A DNA stretch of 64,000 bases, taken from positions 128,001 to 192,000 of the forward strand of contig CAXXUA010000003.1 in NCBI GenBank assembly GCA_963663765.2. Direction: 5' to 3'. Position 1 is the stretch's first letter, and every line of letters starts with the position of its first letter. This DNA is from Candidatus Poribacteria bacterium. Its GTDB lineage: Bacteria; Poribacteria; WGA-4E; WGA-3G. Below, piece after piece: positions 9,472 through 19,429 of this stretch. The translations under genes and the position numbers were made by a program. The notes beneath the pieces are model-generated. The model did no database searches. It saw nothing but the letters and a program-made list of their open reading frames with translations, and was not told where the DNA came from.

Positions 9472-10928
9472 CAATACCTTCGCCAATTATCCAGGATTAA
9501 GATTTGCTTGAGTGTTGTGAATAGCACCGATTGAACTCAGGCGTTCAGTGATTTGCTGAATAACAATAGGTTCAGGTTTTTGCGGAAGTATTTTTAATAT
9601 TTCGTGTATATATTTCAGACCTCGGTAGTGCGATTTAAGATCTAATACACTATATACGGGATTTTGACATCTGTATTTTTCCGAGAGTTTTGCACTTACA
9701 TTTATCATAAACATTGACATATTCGCTGCATTGTTCACTGGGGTTTTGTTTACATTCATGAAACCTTGCATACCCCAATACTGTTTTGCATCACGAAAGT
9801 TGAACTCAATTTGAAAACGAAGCGAATAATAATCTATCATTTTTTCTGCGTCAAGTTCTAAATCACAACTGAATAATAAGACGTAAGCTTGCTGTTTAGT
9901 GGTTAGGTTTGTTTTTTTGATACAAACGACATTCAATGGGTCGGGGAACTTTTTGTGGTGTAGTTCCATTTGATACACATCAGTTCTCAGATTGTCCGCT
10001 GTCTGTGTAAAAATAGAGTATTTTTCATCAATCTTATGTGGATTGACACGTTCTCCATAGATCGCACGCCGTCCGCGTCCCTTGTAAGGTGTTGTCGGTG
10101 GAAAATGCAACGCAGCATCGGTGCGTAGTTTTGAAATAAGATGGAGACCACATTGATTTACCATTTGTAGAGCGTTATTATTTCCAAAATAGCCATCCAG
10201 GACAAAATAACGGATGGGTATCAAGTTATTTATTAGTTGTAGCACTTTTTTGAGCAGCGTTTGAAGTTGTTTCAAAGTATCACTGAGAACGACATCTCTT
10301 TTATTTTTGTTTCGGCTCCCTTTTGGACGTCCACCTTTAGATTTTGCTGTCTTGTTGGTGATGTCTGACTGTTTAGTCGGAGCGGCAGCAGGCTTTGAAG
10401 TTTTTTCACACCGAACGATTTGCTCAATAGCCATGGGGTAGGAACGTCGCTGAGATACACTGACTAAGGACACGGCTAAGAACGATAAACCGGGTATGCT
10501 TTTCCCATGCAATGAGGAAAAAAAGCGTGATAAACCATAGGTGCATTTTCCATCTTTGCTTCTGACAACTTCATCGCCTGCTAAGATATAAACACTCTCA
10601 TGATCAAGCAAGTGTGTGCGAAAAAAAGTCCAACACATTGTCGTCCAAGGAAGAACTGTGTTGAAAAAGCGTTGTATAGTGCGGTAACTACCTCCTTTTA
10701 ATGTCCAACGAGAGATATTTAACATGGTGACCCGTCCTGTCATCGCAAGCAGTGCGAATACAACTTGACATAACTGATGGATCGTTGTTTTTGAAATACA
10801 TGGATTAAGAATTGAGAAAAGTGCTATAATTTCTAACATGGGAATTTGTCCTTTTGTTTTGTTATTACAGTGTAAACACTATAGGACAAAAGCCCATTTT
10901 ATTCAACTAATTTTTGGCGAAGGTATTG
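9472..10928 (-). mobile_element. Complete IS element (IS701/IS4-superfamily DDE) with 15-bp TIR and 7-bp TSD
   Basis: TIR CAATACCTTCGCCAA / TTGGCGAAGGTATTG; TSD ATTGGAT at 9465-9471 and 10929-10935. The empty site is visible at ~6593 in the duplicated leader. Confidence 0.9.
9487..10839 (-). CDS. DDE transposase (DDE_5/IS701-like)
   Basis: ILAGDEVV, FVLDGYFG and Y-x2-R-x3-E-x6-K (YSLRFQIEFNFRDAKQ) motifs. Confidence 0.9.
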   Translation of the reverse strand: MLEIIALFSILNPCISKTTIHQLCQVVFALLAMTGRVTMLNISRWTLKGGSYRTIQRFFNTVLPWTTMCWTFFRTHLLDHESVYILAGDEVVRSKDGKCTYGLSRFFSSLHGKSIPGLSFLAVSLVSVSQRRSYPMAIEQIVRCEKTSKPAAAPTKQSDITNKTAKSKGGRPKGSRNKNKRDVVLSDTLKQLQTLLKKVLQLINNLIPIRYFVLDGYFGNNNALQMVNQCGLHLISKLRTDAALHFPPTTPYKGRGRRAIYGERVNPHKIDEKYSIFTQTADNLRTDVYQMELHHKKFPDPLNVVCIKKTNLTTKQQAYVLLFSCDLELDAEKMIDYYSLRFQIEFNFRDAKQYWGMQGFMNVNKTPVNNAANMSMFMINVSAKLSEKYRCQNPVYSVLDLKSHYRGLKYIHEILKILPQKPEPIVIQQITERLSSIGAIHNTQANLNPG

Positions 10929-11089
10929 ATTGGATAACATATAGTTTTATCTTAACAATATTTCACAAAGGAGATATATTGGTAACCACATTATTCCTGA
11001 CCGGGGGATCATCAACCCCGCATTAACCGAACCTTGCCAGCAAGACGCATTAAGTTCGCAAGGATACACACAAATAAGGAGTTATTGAC

Positions 11090-11749
11090 ATGCCAAAACA
11101 ATTACAGTGGGCAATAGGCGGACTCGCCCTACTTATAGTCGGTTTCGTGGCATTACAAATCTATTTGCACGTAGACATGAAAAACTTCAGGGCAGAACTT
11201 GACAGCGGACCTGAAATAAAAACCGAAACCCCAACAACACCAAACGTTGTTGTTAGTGAAGAAAAACCTGAAGATGTTCCCGGCTTCAAATGGGTGCGAC
11301 ATGGTGACCACTGGGACAAAGTGCCAGTATCTAAGCCGGATGAAACACGTATCGTTTCTAATGATACACTACAGAAATCTGAAACTGTTGATCGTTCACC
11401 GGTTGCTTCTAAAAACAATAGTGGATATGTTGAAATAACAGATTATTCATTTCTTGATAATCCTGAAGTGGCCATCCGTAGACAGGCGGAAATCATATTA
11501 AACCGTGATAAGTATTCACATTATGAATATGCCGTAGCTATTGAGGAAGACAGAATACTGTCCAGAAAAATACTTGATGGGTATTACGGTAAAGGTGAGT
11601 ATTATGAAAATCTATCGAAGTTTAGAGATGAAACACTTGTAAATCCGAGACTTGCAAAACAAGGCTTGTCTATAGAAATGTTCCGCTCAATGATTAGAGG
11701 CGAAATACCGCCTATGGTTATTCCTATGGACTCTGTTGATATTAGGTAG
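11090..11749 (+). CDS. Membrane-anchored hypothetical protein; 3' end altered by IS5 insertion
   Basis: Paralogous N-terminus to 6754 and a KWVRHGDHWDKVP motif. The stop codon lies inside the IS left end. Confidence 0.75.
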   Translation: MPKQLQWAIGGLALLIVGFVALQIYLHVDMKNFRAELDSGPEIKTETPTTPNVVVSEEKPEDVPGFKWVRHGDHWDKVPVSKPDETRIVSNDTLQKSETVDRSPVASKNNSGYVEITDYSFLDNPEVAIRRQAEIILNRDKYSHYEYAVAIEEDRILSRKILDGYYGKGEYYENLSKFRDETLVNPRLAKQGLSIEMFRSMIRGEIPPMVIPMDSVDIR

Positions 11750-12610
11750 TGTTTACATATTCTTATATTGTTATGAGAATTGATGCAAAATATACAAAAC
11801 CGAGATACCGGTCTGCGTATTTGTCATAACGTGTTGCTACACGACGATACTGTTTTAATCGATGAAAGAAACGTTCTATTTTGTTTCGCCGTTTATATAA
11901 CTCTTTGTCATAGGTGCGTATTTCAGTGCGATTTTTGCGCGGCGGTATTACAGCCGTCGCATTGTTGGAGACGATCTCCTCTATAAAAGCATCCGAATCG
12001 TAGGCTTTATCTCCTATCACATACTGATAAGAATAACCTTTGATCAGCGCAGATGCTTGCGTAATATCATGGCATTGTCCTGCTGTCAAAGTAAACCTGA
12101 GAGGTATCCATTCATCGCTGAGAGATAGATTTAGTTTCGTGGTAAATCCGCCCTCGGCTCCGACCAAGTGCTTGTGTTTCTTGTCCTCCTTTTTTTTTGG
12201 GGCACCGGCTGAGCAGGAGTGGGCACGCACTATTGTGCTATCAACGAGAATGGTAGAAATCTCACTCGCATCGTGAAAATGTTGGTGCATTGCTTGAAAA
12301 ATACCCGATTCACACCATCTACCCAACCGACGATAGATAGTGTTCCAGTATCCATAGACTTTAGGCAAAGCACGCCAGGAAGCTCCTTCTTTAGTCATCT
12401 AGACAAGTGCAGAGAGAAACCGTCTGCAGTCTTGTGGATCACCAACATAGACGTTGGGATACGCTCGGAGAAAAGGTAAAAGGCTTTTCCAAGCTGCGTC
12501 ACTGATGGAATGGGGGAGTTCTTGGGATTTATCTGTTTTTTCGCTATTCATATATACAAAATACTATAATATCTGTAAAATATCAATACAAATTAAATGT
12601 AAACACAACC
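11745..12610 (-). mobile_element. IS5 family (IS427-like) element, TSD TA
   Basis: TIR GGTAGTGTTTACAT / ATGTAAACACAACC, flanked by TA at 11743-44 and 12611-12. Confidence 0.85.
11763..12551 (-). pseudogene. IS5 transposase with internal stop
   Basis: The frame from ATG 12551 (MNSEKTDK...RRFLSALV*MTKEGASWR) has TAG at 12399-12401 where Trp is expected. DDE motifs VDSTIVRAH, GDKAYD and RNKIERFF are present. An A9 slippery site plus an extra G shifts the QALGRSRGG motif out of frame. Confidence 0.8.
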
Positions 12611-12838
12611 TAGACACCTCCACAGCAGTCACGATTCGTTCTATAACAGACGGCGTAAGTTTCAACATGATTATATTAAAGCACAAAAAAAAGCCACCAA
12701 CGCATGGCAGCTTTGAATTCTGTTTTCACAACTATATTTTAGATACAGATATTTGAATAGGGGTGATATTTGATTAAGGAAAGTAGGTTTCCAAAACCAT
12801 TGGCGTTGTAAACGAGAATTTAACACTAATGGTTTTCA

Positions 12839-13837
12839 TTATCTACGCTTAGACCGATTATTACGCTGCTGAGTGGTTTTCTTGGGTTCCCTCTGCTGGG
12901 GACTCACCGGTGGTCGGGCTATTACTTGCGGAATAACATTCTGCTGATATATTTGAATAGCAGCTTTGCCAGTGTGGTTTTCTACAATTTTTATCGCTGG
13001 CGTTGAATCAAAAGTCTGAATAGTAGCGTGGTGGACTGAGAGGACAGCATCTTGTAAAACAGGATTACTTTCTAAGTTGCAGATCTTTAATCCATAATTT
13101 TTACAGAGATGCGGTGGCAAAGAGCGAGCATGTGATTTTAGATCTTTATAATTTGTCAGTTTACCAACGATACGTTCGCTTTTTTCTTTGGCATCAGTAT
13201 CATCCTCAAACATACCAGTGCAGAGCCACTCAGCAACCATTTCATTAGTTAAAGCGATTGCTTTTTCGCAATGGATCAGGAAACCGGGCGGATACTTTTC
13301 AAGAGTAGTTTTCCATCCAATTGCTTTGTTGCGGTCAGCTATTATTTCCTTTTGAGCTCGATTGAATTCCTCAATAACACCATGCGCTGCTATACCGTTG
13401 ACTTGTGGATCAATAGGACCGAGGTTTGAATGCTTTCCCATATAAATCTCTTTGCAGGCACATGCAATCATTGTTCCTGCGGACATAGCTTGTTGTGGAA
13501 CAAAAGCGCGTATGTCTGTTTTGTATAGCGAACGGAGATAGTTAACTAGCGATTCGGCTGCATTAGGATCACCCCCTGGGGTATGTAATATCAAATCCAA
13601 ACCTTTACTATGATCAAGTTTATGTAACACTGTCATAAACCTATTTATATCTGAAGATTCTATTGATATGGGAGCATCTTTTAGTTGTGTTGGTGTCCTT
13701 TGGGTCCATCCTGAATAATATATAATAATATTTCGCCCCGTAACTTCATGTAGTTTTCCAAGATAATTCCTTCGAATAATGTCGTGTGTACTTCCCGCAT
13801 TCCTAATTTCGTTCAATATTTCATTTGAGTCAGGCAT
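12839..13837 (-). CDS. SDH family ClpP-class serine protease
   Basis: LDLILHTPGG, AMSAGTMIA and LGPIDPQ motifs. Probable start is ATG 13837, coupled to the upstream small ORF. Confidence 0.85.
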   Translation of the reverse strand: MPDSNEILNEIRNAGSTHDIIRRNYLGKLHEVTGRNIIIYYSGWTQRTPTQLKDAPISIESSDINRFMTVLHKLDHSKGLDLILHTPGGDPNAAESLVNYLRSLYKTDIRAFVPQQAMSAGTMIACACKEIYMGKHSNLGPIDPQVNGIAAHGVIEEFNRAQKEIIADRNKAIGWKTTLEKYPPGFLIHCEKAIALTNEMVAEWLCTGMFEDDTDAKEKSERIVGKLTNYKDLKSHARSLPPHLCKNYGLKICNLESNPVLQDAVLSVHHATIQTFDSTPAIKIVENHTGKAAIQIYQQNVIPQVIARPPVSPQQREPKKTTQQRNNRSKRR

Positions 13838-14006
13838 TTTCAGAATCTCCAGGGATAAGGTATGTATTTCCACATTCTACAAAAATTATGTCTACAACGT
13901 CCTTTTTAGACAAAGCATCAAAAATCTCTTGGAATTCAACAGATTCTTGCTTTAAAATAAGATATATTTCCTCGATCTCCTTGAGCCTTTCTTCTTCATT
14001 TTTCAT
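13830..14006 (-). CDS. Small acidic protein (58 aa) overlapping the protease start
   Basis: Not in the ORF track. AAAGGAGG RBS; MKNEEERLKEIEEIYLILKQESVEFQEIFDALSKKDVVDIIFVECGNTYLIPGDSENA*; ATGCCTGA overlap with the protease gene. Confidence 0.65.
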   Translation of the reverse strand: MKNEEERLKEIEEIYLILKQESVEFQEIFDALSKKDVVDIIFVECGNTYLIPGDSENA

Positions 14007-14075
14007 AACATCCCTCCTTTAGTAGTCTAAATCATACCATTTTATACACAGGATAGTCAAGGATTTTTTATAGAA

Positions 14076-14519
14076 CTATCTAAATATGAGTATAGGCGGA
14101 TACACCTCCCACTCCGCAAAATCCCGTTGCCACACCGCCTCAATCGTTTCATCCGTTCCAAGTATCGGGTGCTGGTTCTGCGGAAACACCGAAAACGCCA
14201 CATGCTTAAAAGCTGAACCCTTCCGATGCTTCTTCACTGGACAAAACGGATTATGATTAGCATACGGTATAGTCGTATCGGCGCACATAGTCAAGAGATC
14301 CCATTTCGACTTTTTCCGCTCATAAACTAATATCCGACGGTCTATGTCCTCACGTTCTTCCCACTTGCGAACAAATTGAAACCATACAAGTTTAGCAGCA
14401 GGATGTATCTCTTCATGAATACCAAAGACAGCATGCTCATGGTGTGCTGCCCATACTAATACCTTGTCTTCAAGATACGGTTCAAGCGACCAATTTGGAA
14501 GTTGTATGTATTTATCCAA
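14076..14519 (-). CDS. Hypothetical protein, weakly similar to the 1-384 gene
   Basis: AAGGA RBS and TTG start. EHAVFGIHEEIHPAAKLVW resembles EHSIFDPEQKVPAYEKALY. Confidence 0.55.
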   Translation of the reverse strand: MDKYIQLPNWSLEPYLEDKVLVWAAHHEHAVFGIHEEIHPAAKLVWFQFVRKWEEREDIDRRILVYERKKSKWDLLTMCADTTIPYANHNPFCPVKKHRKGSAFKHVAFSVFPQNQHPILGTDETIEAVWQRDFAEWEVYPPILIFR

Positions 14520-14629
14520 TGTTTCCTTTTTGTTGATAGGGTACTAAAATTGAAATAGACACAGACATACATAAAACCCTTTACCTACGCCATTGAGACC
14601 ACATCACAGACATTTCCATTTTTAGGTTT

Positions 14630-14899
14630 TTAGAAGTTACCTCTCTGCCTTTTTTTGATGTGTTCCGTCACAGCAGAGTCCACCATCCCGAATGTATTTC
14701 CACCAGACTTGTCCCGAAGTCGCTCCCAATCTGGATCACTATGTGCATCAAGGTAAAATCTAATCATTTTGAACACCGCTTGGGCAACAACAGGCTTGTC
14801 AGACGTGCTAATAATCCCTTCGCTTTCGGCAAATTCAACTAACCGCTCATAAGTCTTCGGTGGAACTTTCACCTGAATAGATTTACTTTTTGCCATCAT
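14630..14899 (-). CDS. Ribbon-helix-helix-like DNA-binding protein
   Basis: KSIQVKVPPKTYERLVEFAESEG beta-alpha-alpha pattern. Start moved to MMAKSK. Confidence 0.6.
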   Translation of the reverse strand: MMAKSKSIQVKVPPKTYERLVEFAESEGIISTSDKPVVAQAVFKMIRFYLDAHSDPDWERLRDKSGGNTFGMVDSAVTEHIKKRQRGNF

Positions 14900-14998
14900 A
14901 GTCCCCTGTCTGTTAAAATATATTAAGTATAAGTATAACATAATTATACATTATAGACAAGAGATATATAACACTATAAGGAACGGAGCTTTGGTGAA

Positions 14999-15217
14999 AT
15001 GATGAGCAGAGAACAAAAGAAAGACCTTGTGCAAGTCAAACAATTTTGCATGACTTGCGATGACAATTACGTGTTTGAAATGGATAAAAAGGGGATCGTA
15101 GAGCAGTATGCACAATGGGTTGAAATAAATTTCTGTGAAGTGCCGATCACACTTCCACCAGAAAATTGTCTTATTTGTCAATTGGCGGAAGATGACGAGG
15201 ACGATACCTTATTCTAA
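14999..15217 (+). CDS. Small CxxC...CxxC (zinc-ribbon-like) protein
   Basis: GGAG RBS; CMTC and CLIC motifs; acidic tail. Confidence 0.55.
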   Translation: MMSREQKKDLVQVKQFCMTCDDNYVFEMDKKGIVEQYAQWVEINFCEVPITLPPENCLICQLAEDDEDDTLF

Positions 15218-15239
15218 TATTCGCTAAATTACTTAATCC

Positions 15240-16418
15240 TTGACAATAGGGATGTTCCTTGCTAAACTTAATTCAGTGCCAATTCCTACACATAAGTTTA
15301 CAAAGGATTTAGTAATAATGGACGAAATGTTAACACAACTCGCTGAGGCAGCTATAGATGCAGTTGCAAAAAATACATCAAAGGCAGCAGATGCTCTCAC
15401 CACAGGATATATTGACCAATCAAAGGCTGAGAAAAAGGCTATATCTGATAGTAAGATTGCAGTTACACATACTGCGACTCAATTACTAACAGATAAAATG
15501 AAAGAAATAGATGTTCCTGAAGAATTTGCTAAACATGCCCTTTATGCCGAATTAGAAACGATAGTTAATAAAAGGTCTATTCTAAATAAAATATTTGGAA
15601 GAGCAAAAGTTATTGTAGACACCACACCACAAGACGAGAACCAAGCAGATCAACATATTGGGGAAATTAGCGATGACTGGTTAAATCGGTTTAGAGATTC
15701 TGCTTGTGAAAAGAGTTCAGAAGAAGCACAAGAATTGTTTGCCAAAGTGCTTGCAGGCGAAATCCGAAAACCCGGTTCGTTTACACTAAAAGCACTATCA
15801 ACCTTAGCAGATATGAATCAAGAAGTTGCCCAACTATTCAATAAGTTTTGTTCATTATGCCTTGTCTACTTAAACAATCCCAGTAGATATCATCGAACTC
15901 AATCTAAATCTCATTTTAAGATTATAGATGCCAGAATACCTTTACTACTAAGTGATACAAACGAGCTATCATCTATTCGAACTGTGCCTATAAATACCGA
16001 AACTAACACATACACATTAAGCAATTTCGCCACTGTATTTGAATCCATATACAATAAGTTCGGTCTGCGCTTTAATGAACTCCAATTATTGTTGGAGTAT
16101 AGTCTAATAGAGTCTTCATCAAGTAGTAAATATAATTGCTTTTATTACAATAACGAATTATGGGGATATACAAAACAAGATTCTGCTTTCAAACAACCAC
16201 AAGATTATTCTGAGAATATCACTATATCAGGATATGCACTAACTTCTGTAGGAAAAGAATTGTTCAATATAACGGAACGTCACACTTTACCTAACTATTG
16301 GGCATTGCTTAGCGATTGCCTAGAAAACTATTACAAAATAAAACTTTTTAAGTATCCTAAATCCCAAAAGGCATCTCCTACTGATGCGTCAGCTGATCCA
16401 AATCCAATCAATTCATAA
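15240..16418 (+). CDS. DUF2806 domain protein (likely start ~15318)
   Basis: ISDDWLNRFRDSACEKSSEEAQELFAKVLAGEIRKPGSFTLKAL signature; C-terminal LTSVGKEL. Confidence 0.8.
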   Translation: MTIGMFLAKLNSVPIPTHKFTKDLVIMDEMLTQLAEAAIDAVAKNTSKAADALTTGYIDQSKAEKKAISDSKIAVTHTATQLLTDKMKEIDVPEEFAKHALYAELETIVNKRSILNKIFGRAKVIVDTTPQDENQADQHIGEISDDWLNRFRDSACEKSSEEAQELFAKVLAGEIRKPGSFTLKALSTLADMNQEVAQLFNKFCSLCLVYLNNPSRYHRTQSKSHFKIIDARIPLLLSDTNELSSIRTVPINTETNTYTLSNFATVFESIYNKFGLRFNELQLLLEYSLIESSSSSKYNCFYYNNELWGYTKQDSAFKQPQDYSENITISGYALTSVGKELFNITERHTLPNYWALLSDCLENYYKIKLFKYPKSQKASPTDASADPNPINS

Positions 16419-16605
16419 AAAAACAAATGTCCAGCACATAGCACCTAGTGTTATGTGCTTATTGTAGTTACGCCTACGAACTCCGCAATTCCGCATCCAA
16501 CGCCCCAAACATATCTGGCGGAATATAGAATATGTGGATCATGTGTTTTTTCACCCCGTCCACCTTTTTCCCAATCCTCTCCAAAATGACACCCACTAAC
16601 CCCTT

Positions 16606-16697
16606 ATACCGAATTAACGTGAGTCGTCTTGCTAAGTGTGCGGTTAGGAAACCGCACCTACCGTTGGAAAAAGATAAATTACGTTAATTTGGTATTA
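16606..16697. repeat. Small MITE/REP element (family with copy at 50878-50968)
   Basis: IR ATACCGAATTAACGT / ACGTTAATTTGGTAT around the hairpin GTGCGGTTAGGAAACCGCAC. Inverted homolog at 50878. Confidence 0.7.
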
Positions 16698-16891
16698 TAT
16701 CGAGTTGTAGGTGTCTCCACCAAGATAAGCGTGTGGTCATATTCCCCTTCAAATATCTCCTTCACGACCTCCTTCTCAAACGCTAACAACCCCTTTCTTT
16801 TCATGTGCTTCCGAGACAGACTAAAAACATGTCCGCTTCTGTCTTCAAGTGCATCAAGGTGATCGTCAAAATTTGTTTCATGTGCCAACAT
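16679..16891 (-). CDS. Small hypothetical protein, probably truncated by the MITE
   Basis: AAGGAGA RBS; the ORF ends inside the repeat. Confidence 0.45.
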   Translation of the reverse strand: MLAHETNFDDHLDALEDRSGHVFSLSRKHMKRKGLLAFEKEVVKEIFEGEYDHTLILVETPTTRYNTKLT

Positions 16892-17052
16892 ACATTATCT
16901 CCTTTACGATTTGATTTTACGAAAGATTATCACCGTCAATTCACACAGACCACAAACCACAGTAAAAAATATAACTAATAGACATATTGACCAAAGCATA
17001 TTAAAAAAATAATCACTATATTAAAGAATCGGATAATATAAGATGTCGTTAA

Positions 17053-18111
17053 TTAACGGGACCGAATAAAACCAAAAACAGGGATACGGACTGGAACTGA
17101 GGTTAACGAAGTCCTAATGAGAATCTCTTCACGTAAATAGGTAGGTGATTTTAAGACATCCAAAGTAACTTTGAACCGCCTCTCAAAATAGGGAGAATCC
17201 TTTTTCGGTTCTACTGAATCTGAAATATCGGTAACCTGTAGATACTCTTGTACTTCAAGAGTTACTATCTCAAAATCCTTCTTTGCAGAAATCGTGAATT
17301 CCAGATGTGGCACAGTACTTCCACTTACAACACCAAAAGAGAGTGTTTCTGGTTGAACAGATACAGGTCCAACCAGTCGTGCAATAACAGGTAAAGCCAA
17401 TGTCCGATCATTCGGAAAAGCAACAGTGAGAAGCGAAGAAAATGGCATATTCCCAGTAGTGTTTTGCGACTTAACATCAATCAACTTTTCTCTACTCGGA
17501 ACACGCATTCGGATGGTAATAACAAAACAATCCGTCCCCGACTCTGGTGCCAGATCCCAAGTCAACATCGGATTCCCTGTAGGTAATAGATGGATCTCTT
17601 CACGGTTCAACGGAGCATTAACACAGAGTCTAACCCGCTTTTCGTACGCCATATCAGTTTCAACTTCAGCAAAGTCACAAACTTCCGCACTCAATGTAGC
17701 AAACTTCATGCCTGTCGTAATAATTGTCAAATATACCTGAGGAGTCTTAGAACTATCTGTAAAGAAGATTGCAGTCGCCGTGGACTTTTCAGGAGGCACA
17801 TATTGTGGATCGAGGATTACCTTGAACGTTTCTTCTGTTTTAGACTTGATCACATTCGGTCCCTCAATCTCGGCAAAACTACACCCACTCTCTATTCTTT
17901 GAATATAGAGTGTTTCTTTACCAATATTTCGGGCAGTTACTGTCCGATCCACAGCAGCTTCCCATTCAGGAATCATACCAAAGTCAATTTGATTCTGAGA
18001 TAGCACTAACTCACCCGGAAAGTCGCGCTGATTGTTGACTAAAAAGAGAATCAACCCAGATATTAGCAATCCAGGAATAATGATTGTTGTGAGAATCGTG
18101 CGTCTTGACAC
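17053..18111 (-). CDS. DUF1573 (Ig-like) domain membrane-anchored protein
   Basis: N-terminal TM; IDFG...ARNIGKETLYIQRIESGCSF motif and repeated Ig-like modules. Confidence 0.75.
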   Translation of the reverse strand: MSRRTILTTIIIPGLLISGLILFLVNNQRDFPGELVLSQNQIDFGMIPEWEAAVDRTVTARNIGKETLYIQRIESGCSFAEIEGPNVIKSKTEETFKVILDPQYVPPEKSTATAIFFTDSSKTPQVYLTIITTGMKFATLSAEVCDFAEVETDMAYEKRVRLCVNAPLNREEIHLLPTGNPMLTWDLAPESGTDCFVITIRMRVPSREKLIDVKSQNTTGNMPFSSLLTVAFPNDRTLALPVIARLVGPVSVQPETLSFGVVSGSTVPHLEFTISAKKDFEIVTLEVQEYLQVTDISDSVEPKKDSPYFERRFKVTLDVLKSPTYLREEILIRTSLTSVPVRIPVFGFIRSR

Positions 18112-18669
18112 CGCTTTACATCACCTTACTGATTAGGCTATCTTCAAAGTACTATCATTATTGCATTGATATGCAACAGATTATATGCAATCACTACACG
18201 GAAGGAAATACAGTATAATTGACAACTATCACCTTGTCAACTGATATTCTGCAATGACTGATCTTCATACAAAACAAAAAGCACATATTGTGAAAAAATG
18301 CCTACAAAACCCTATAGATTGAAGTTTTTTATCAGTGTTTAGTAACCTATTACACGAAACAACGTTATTATTAGTAAATAACAGAATTCCATAAGTTTTT
18401 TAACATGGAATATTGTGACATTACACGGTTTTAGGCAATTCAAGTGTGTATTGACAACGCTTGAATTATGTAGTATCAATATTAACAGAAACTATATTAC
18501 GTTAAGTTTATTTTGACATTTTTATTTAGGTTAAGATTATCGGGCGTTGAATAGTTTCTATCAAATTTTACTTCAGTCATAGGCAAAAGTTTCCTTATAG
18601 CGGTTCCAATCCTACCGTATGAGTTTTGCACGACTGGATATATACTATTTACCAAAAGGAAGTTGAATC

Positions 18670-18954
18670 ATGGCAAAGAAATTGATGAAAGCAGACATCA
18701 TTGACAGTGTCGCTAAGAAAGCTGATCTCAGCAAGAAAGATGCAGGAGCTGCTGTTGAAGCGTTTACCTCAACAGTCCAAGACGCTTTGAAGAAAGGTAA
18801 TTCCATAGGTCTCATCGGTTTTGGGTCGTTTGAAGTCAGAACCCGAGCTGCCCGCGAAGGTAGAAATCCCCAAACCGGCGAACCCCTTAAAATTCCTAAG
18901 AAAAAGGTCCCAGCATTTAAAGCTGGAAAGAAACTCAGAGACGCTGTCTCCTAA
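18670..18954 (+). CDS. hup: DNA-binding protein HU
   Basis: GFGSFEVRTRAAREGRNPQTGEPLKIP...PAFKAGKKLRDAV. Confidence 0.97.
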   Translation: MAKKLMKADIIDSVAKKADLSKKDAGAAVEAFTSTVQDALKKGNSIGLIGFGSFEVRTRAAREGRNPQTGEPLKIPKKKVPAFKAGKKLRDAVS

Positions 18955-18997
18955 ACTGAGCAGTTCGCCTAAACTGAGTAAACAAGAACGGCATCAG

Positions 18998-19054
18998 AAA
19001 AAGTCGTGGATCACCATAGTTTCTGCACAAGTGGTTCCACGACTTTTTCTTTTG
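18998..19054 (+). terminator. Terminator downstream of HU
   Basis: AAAAAGTCGTGGA...TCCACGACTTTTT followed by T-rich sequence. Confidence 0.65.
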
Positions 19055-19117
19055 TTGCAACATAAGTCATCAACAATAAAACTTATGTCACACGTTAACA
19101 TCCCTCCAAATATCAAG

Positions 19118-19299
19118 CAGGACTTACGCAGTTTTCTTGATTTAATCAAGAATTATGATGAAAATGATGTAATTATCAGCATATTAATAGGTTTCCAGCG
19201 CGCTTACAAAGCACCAAATCAACGGTATGAATCATGGAGCATGCCCCACGCGCATGCTTCTTTAGGTATTCCCCGCCTACCGTTTTTGCGTAAGTCCTG
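19118..19299. mobile_element. 182-bp MITE (TIR CAGGACTTACGCA) with 5-bp TSD
   Basis: CAGGACTTACGCA / TGCGTAAGTCCTG; TCAAG duplicated at 19113-17 and 19300-04. Lone similar ends at ~683 and ~44576. Confidence 0.85.
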
Positions 19300-19429
19300 T
19301 CAAGAAAAAGTATTTGAAAATACTCTATGACTATGCTATTATAGATAATATACGACTCCATTAGTCTGTAAGAAATATCTTGGAGTTGGGAAAGGTCAAT
19401 GGTAAAGCGCCAATAGCAGGAGAACATTA

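Noticed and set aside
12399-12401. In-frame TAG as evidence of stop-codon recoding
   Set aside because: TAG terminates ordinary genes in the window (e.g. apt, secF, csm3). A single TGG>TAG in an IS is simple decay.
18821-19330. 169-aa ORF overlapping HU
   Set aside because: It is out of frame with HU and runs through a terminator and a MITE; spurious.
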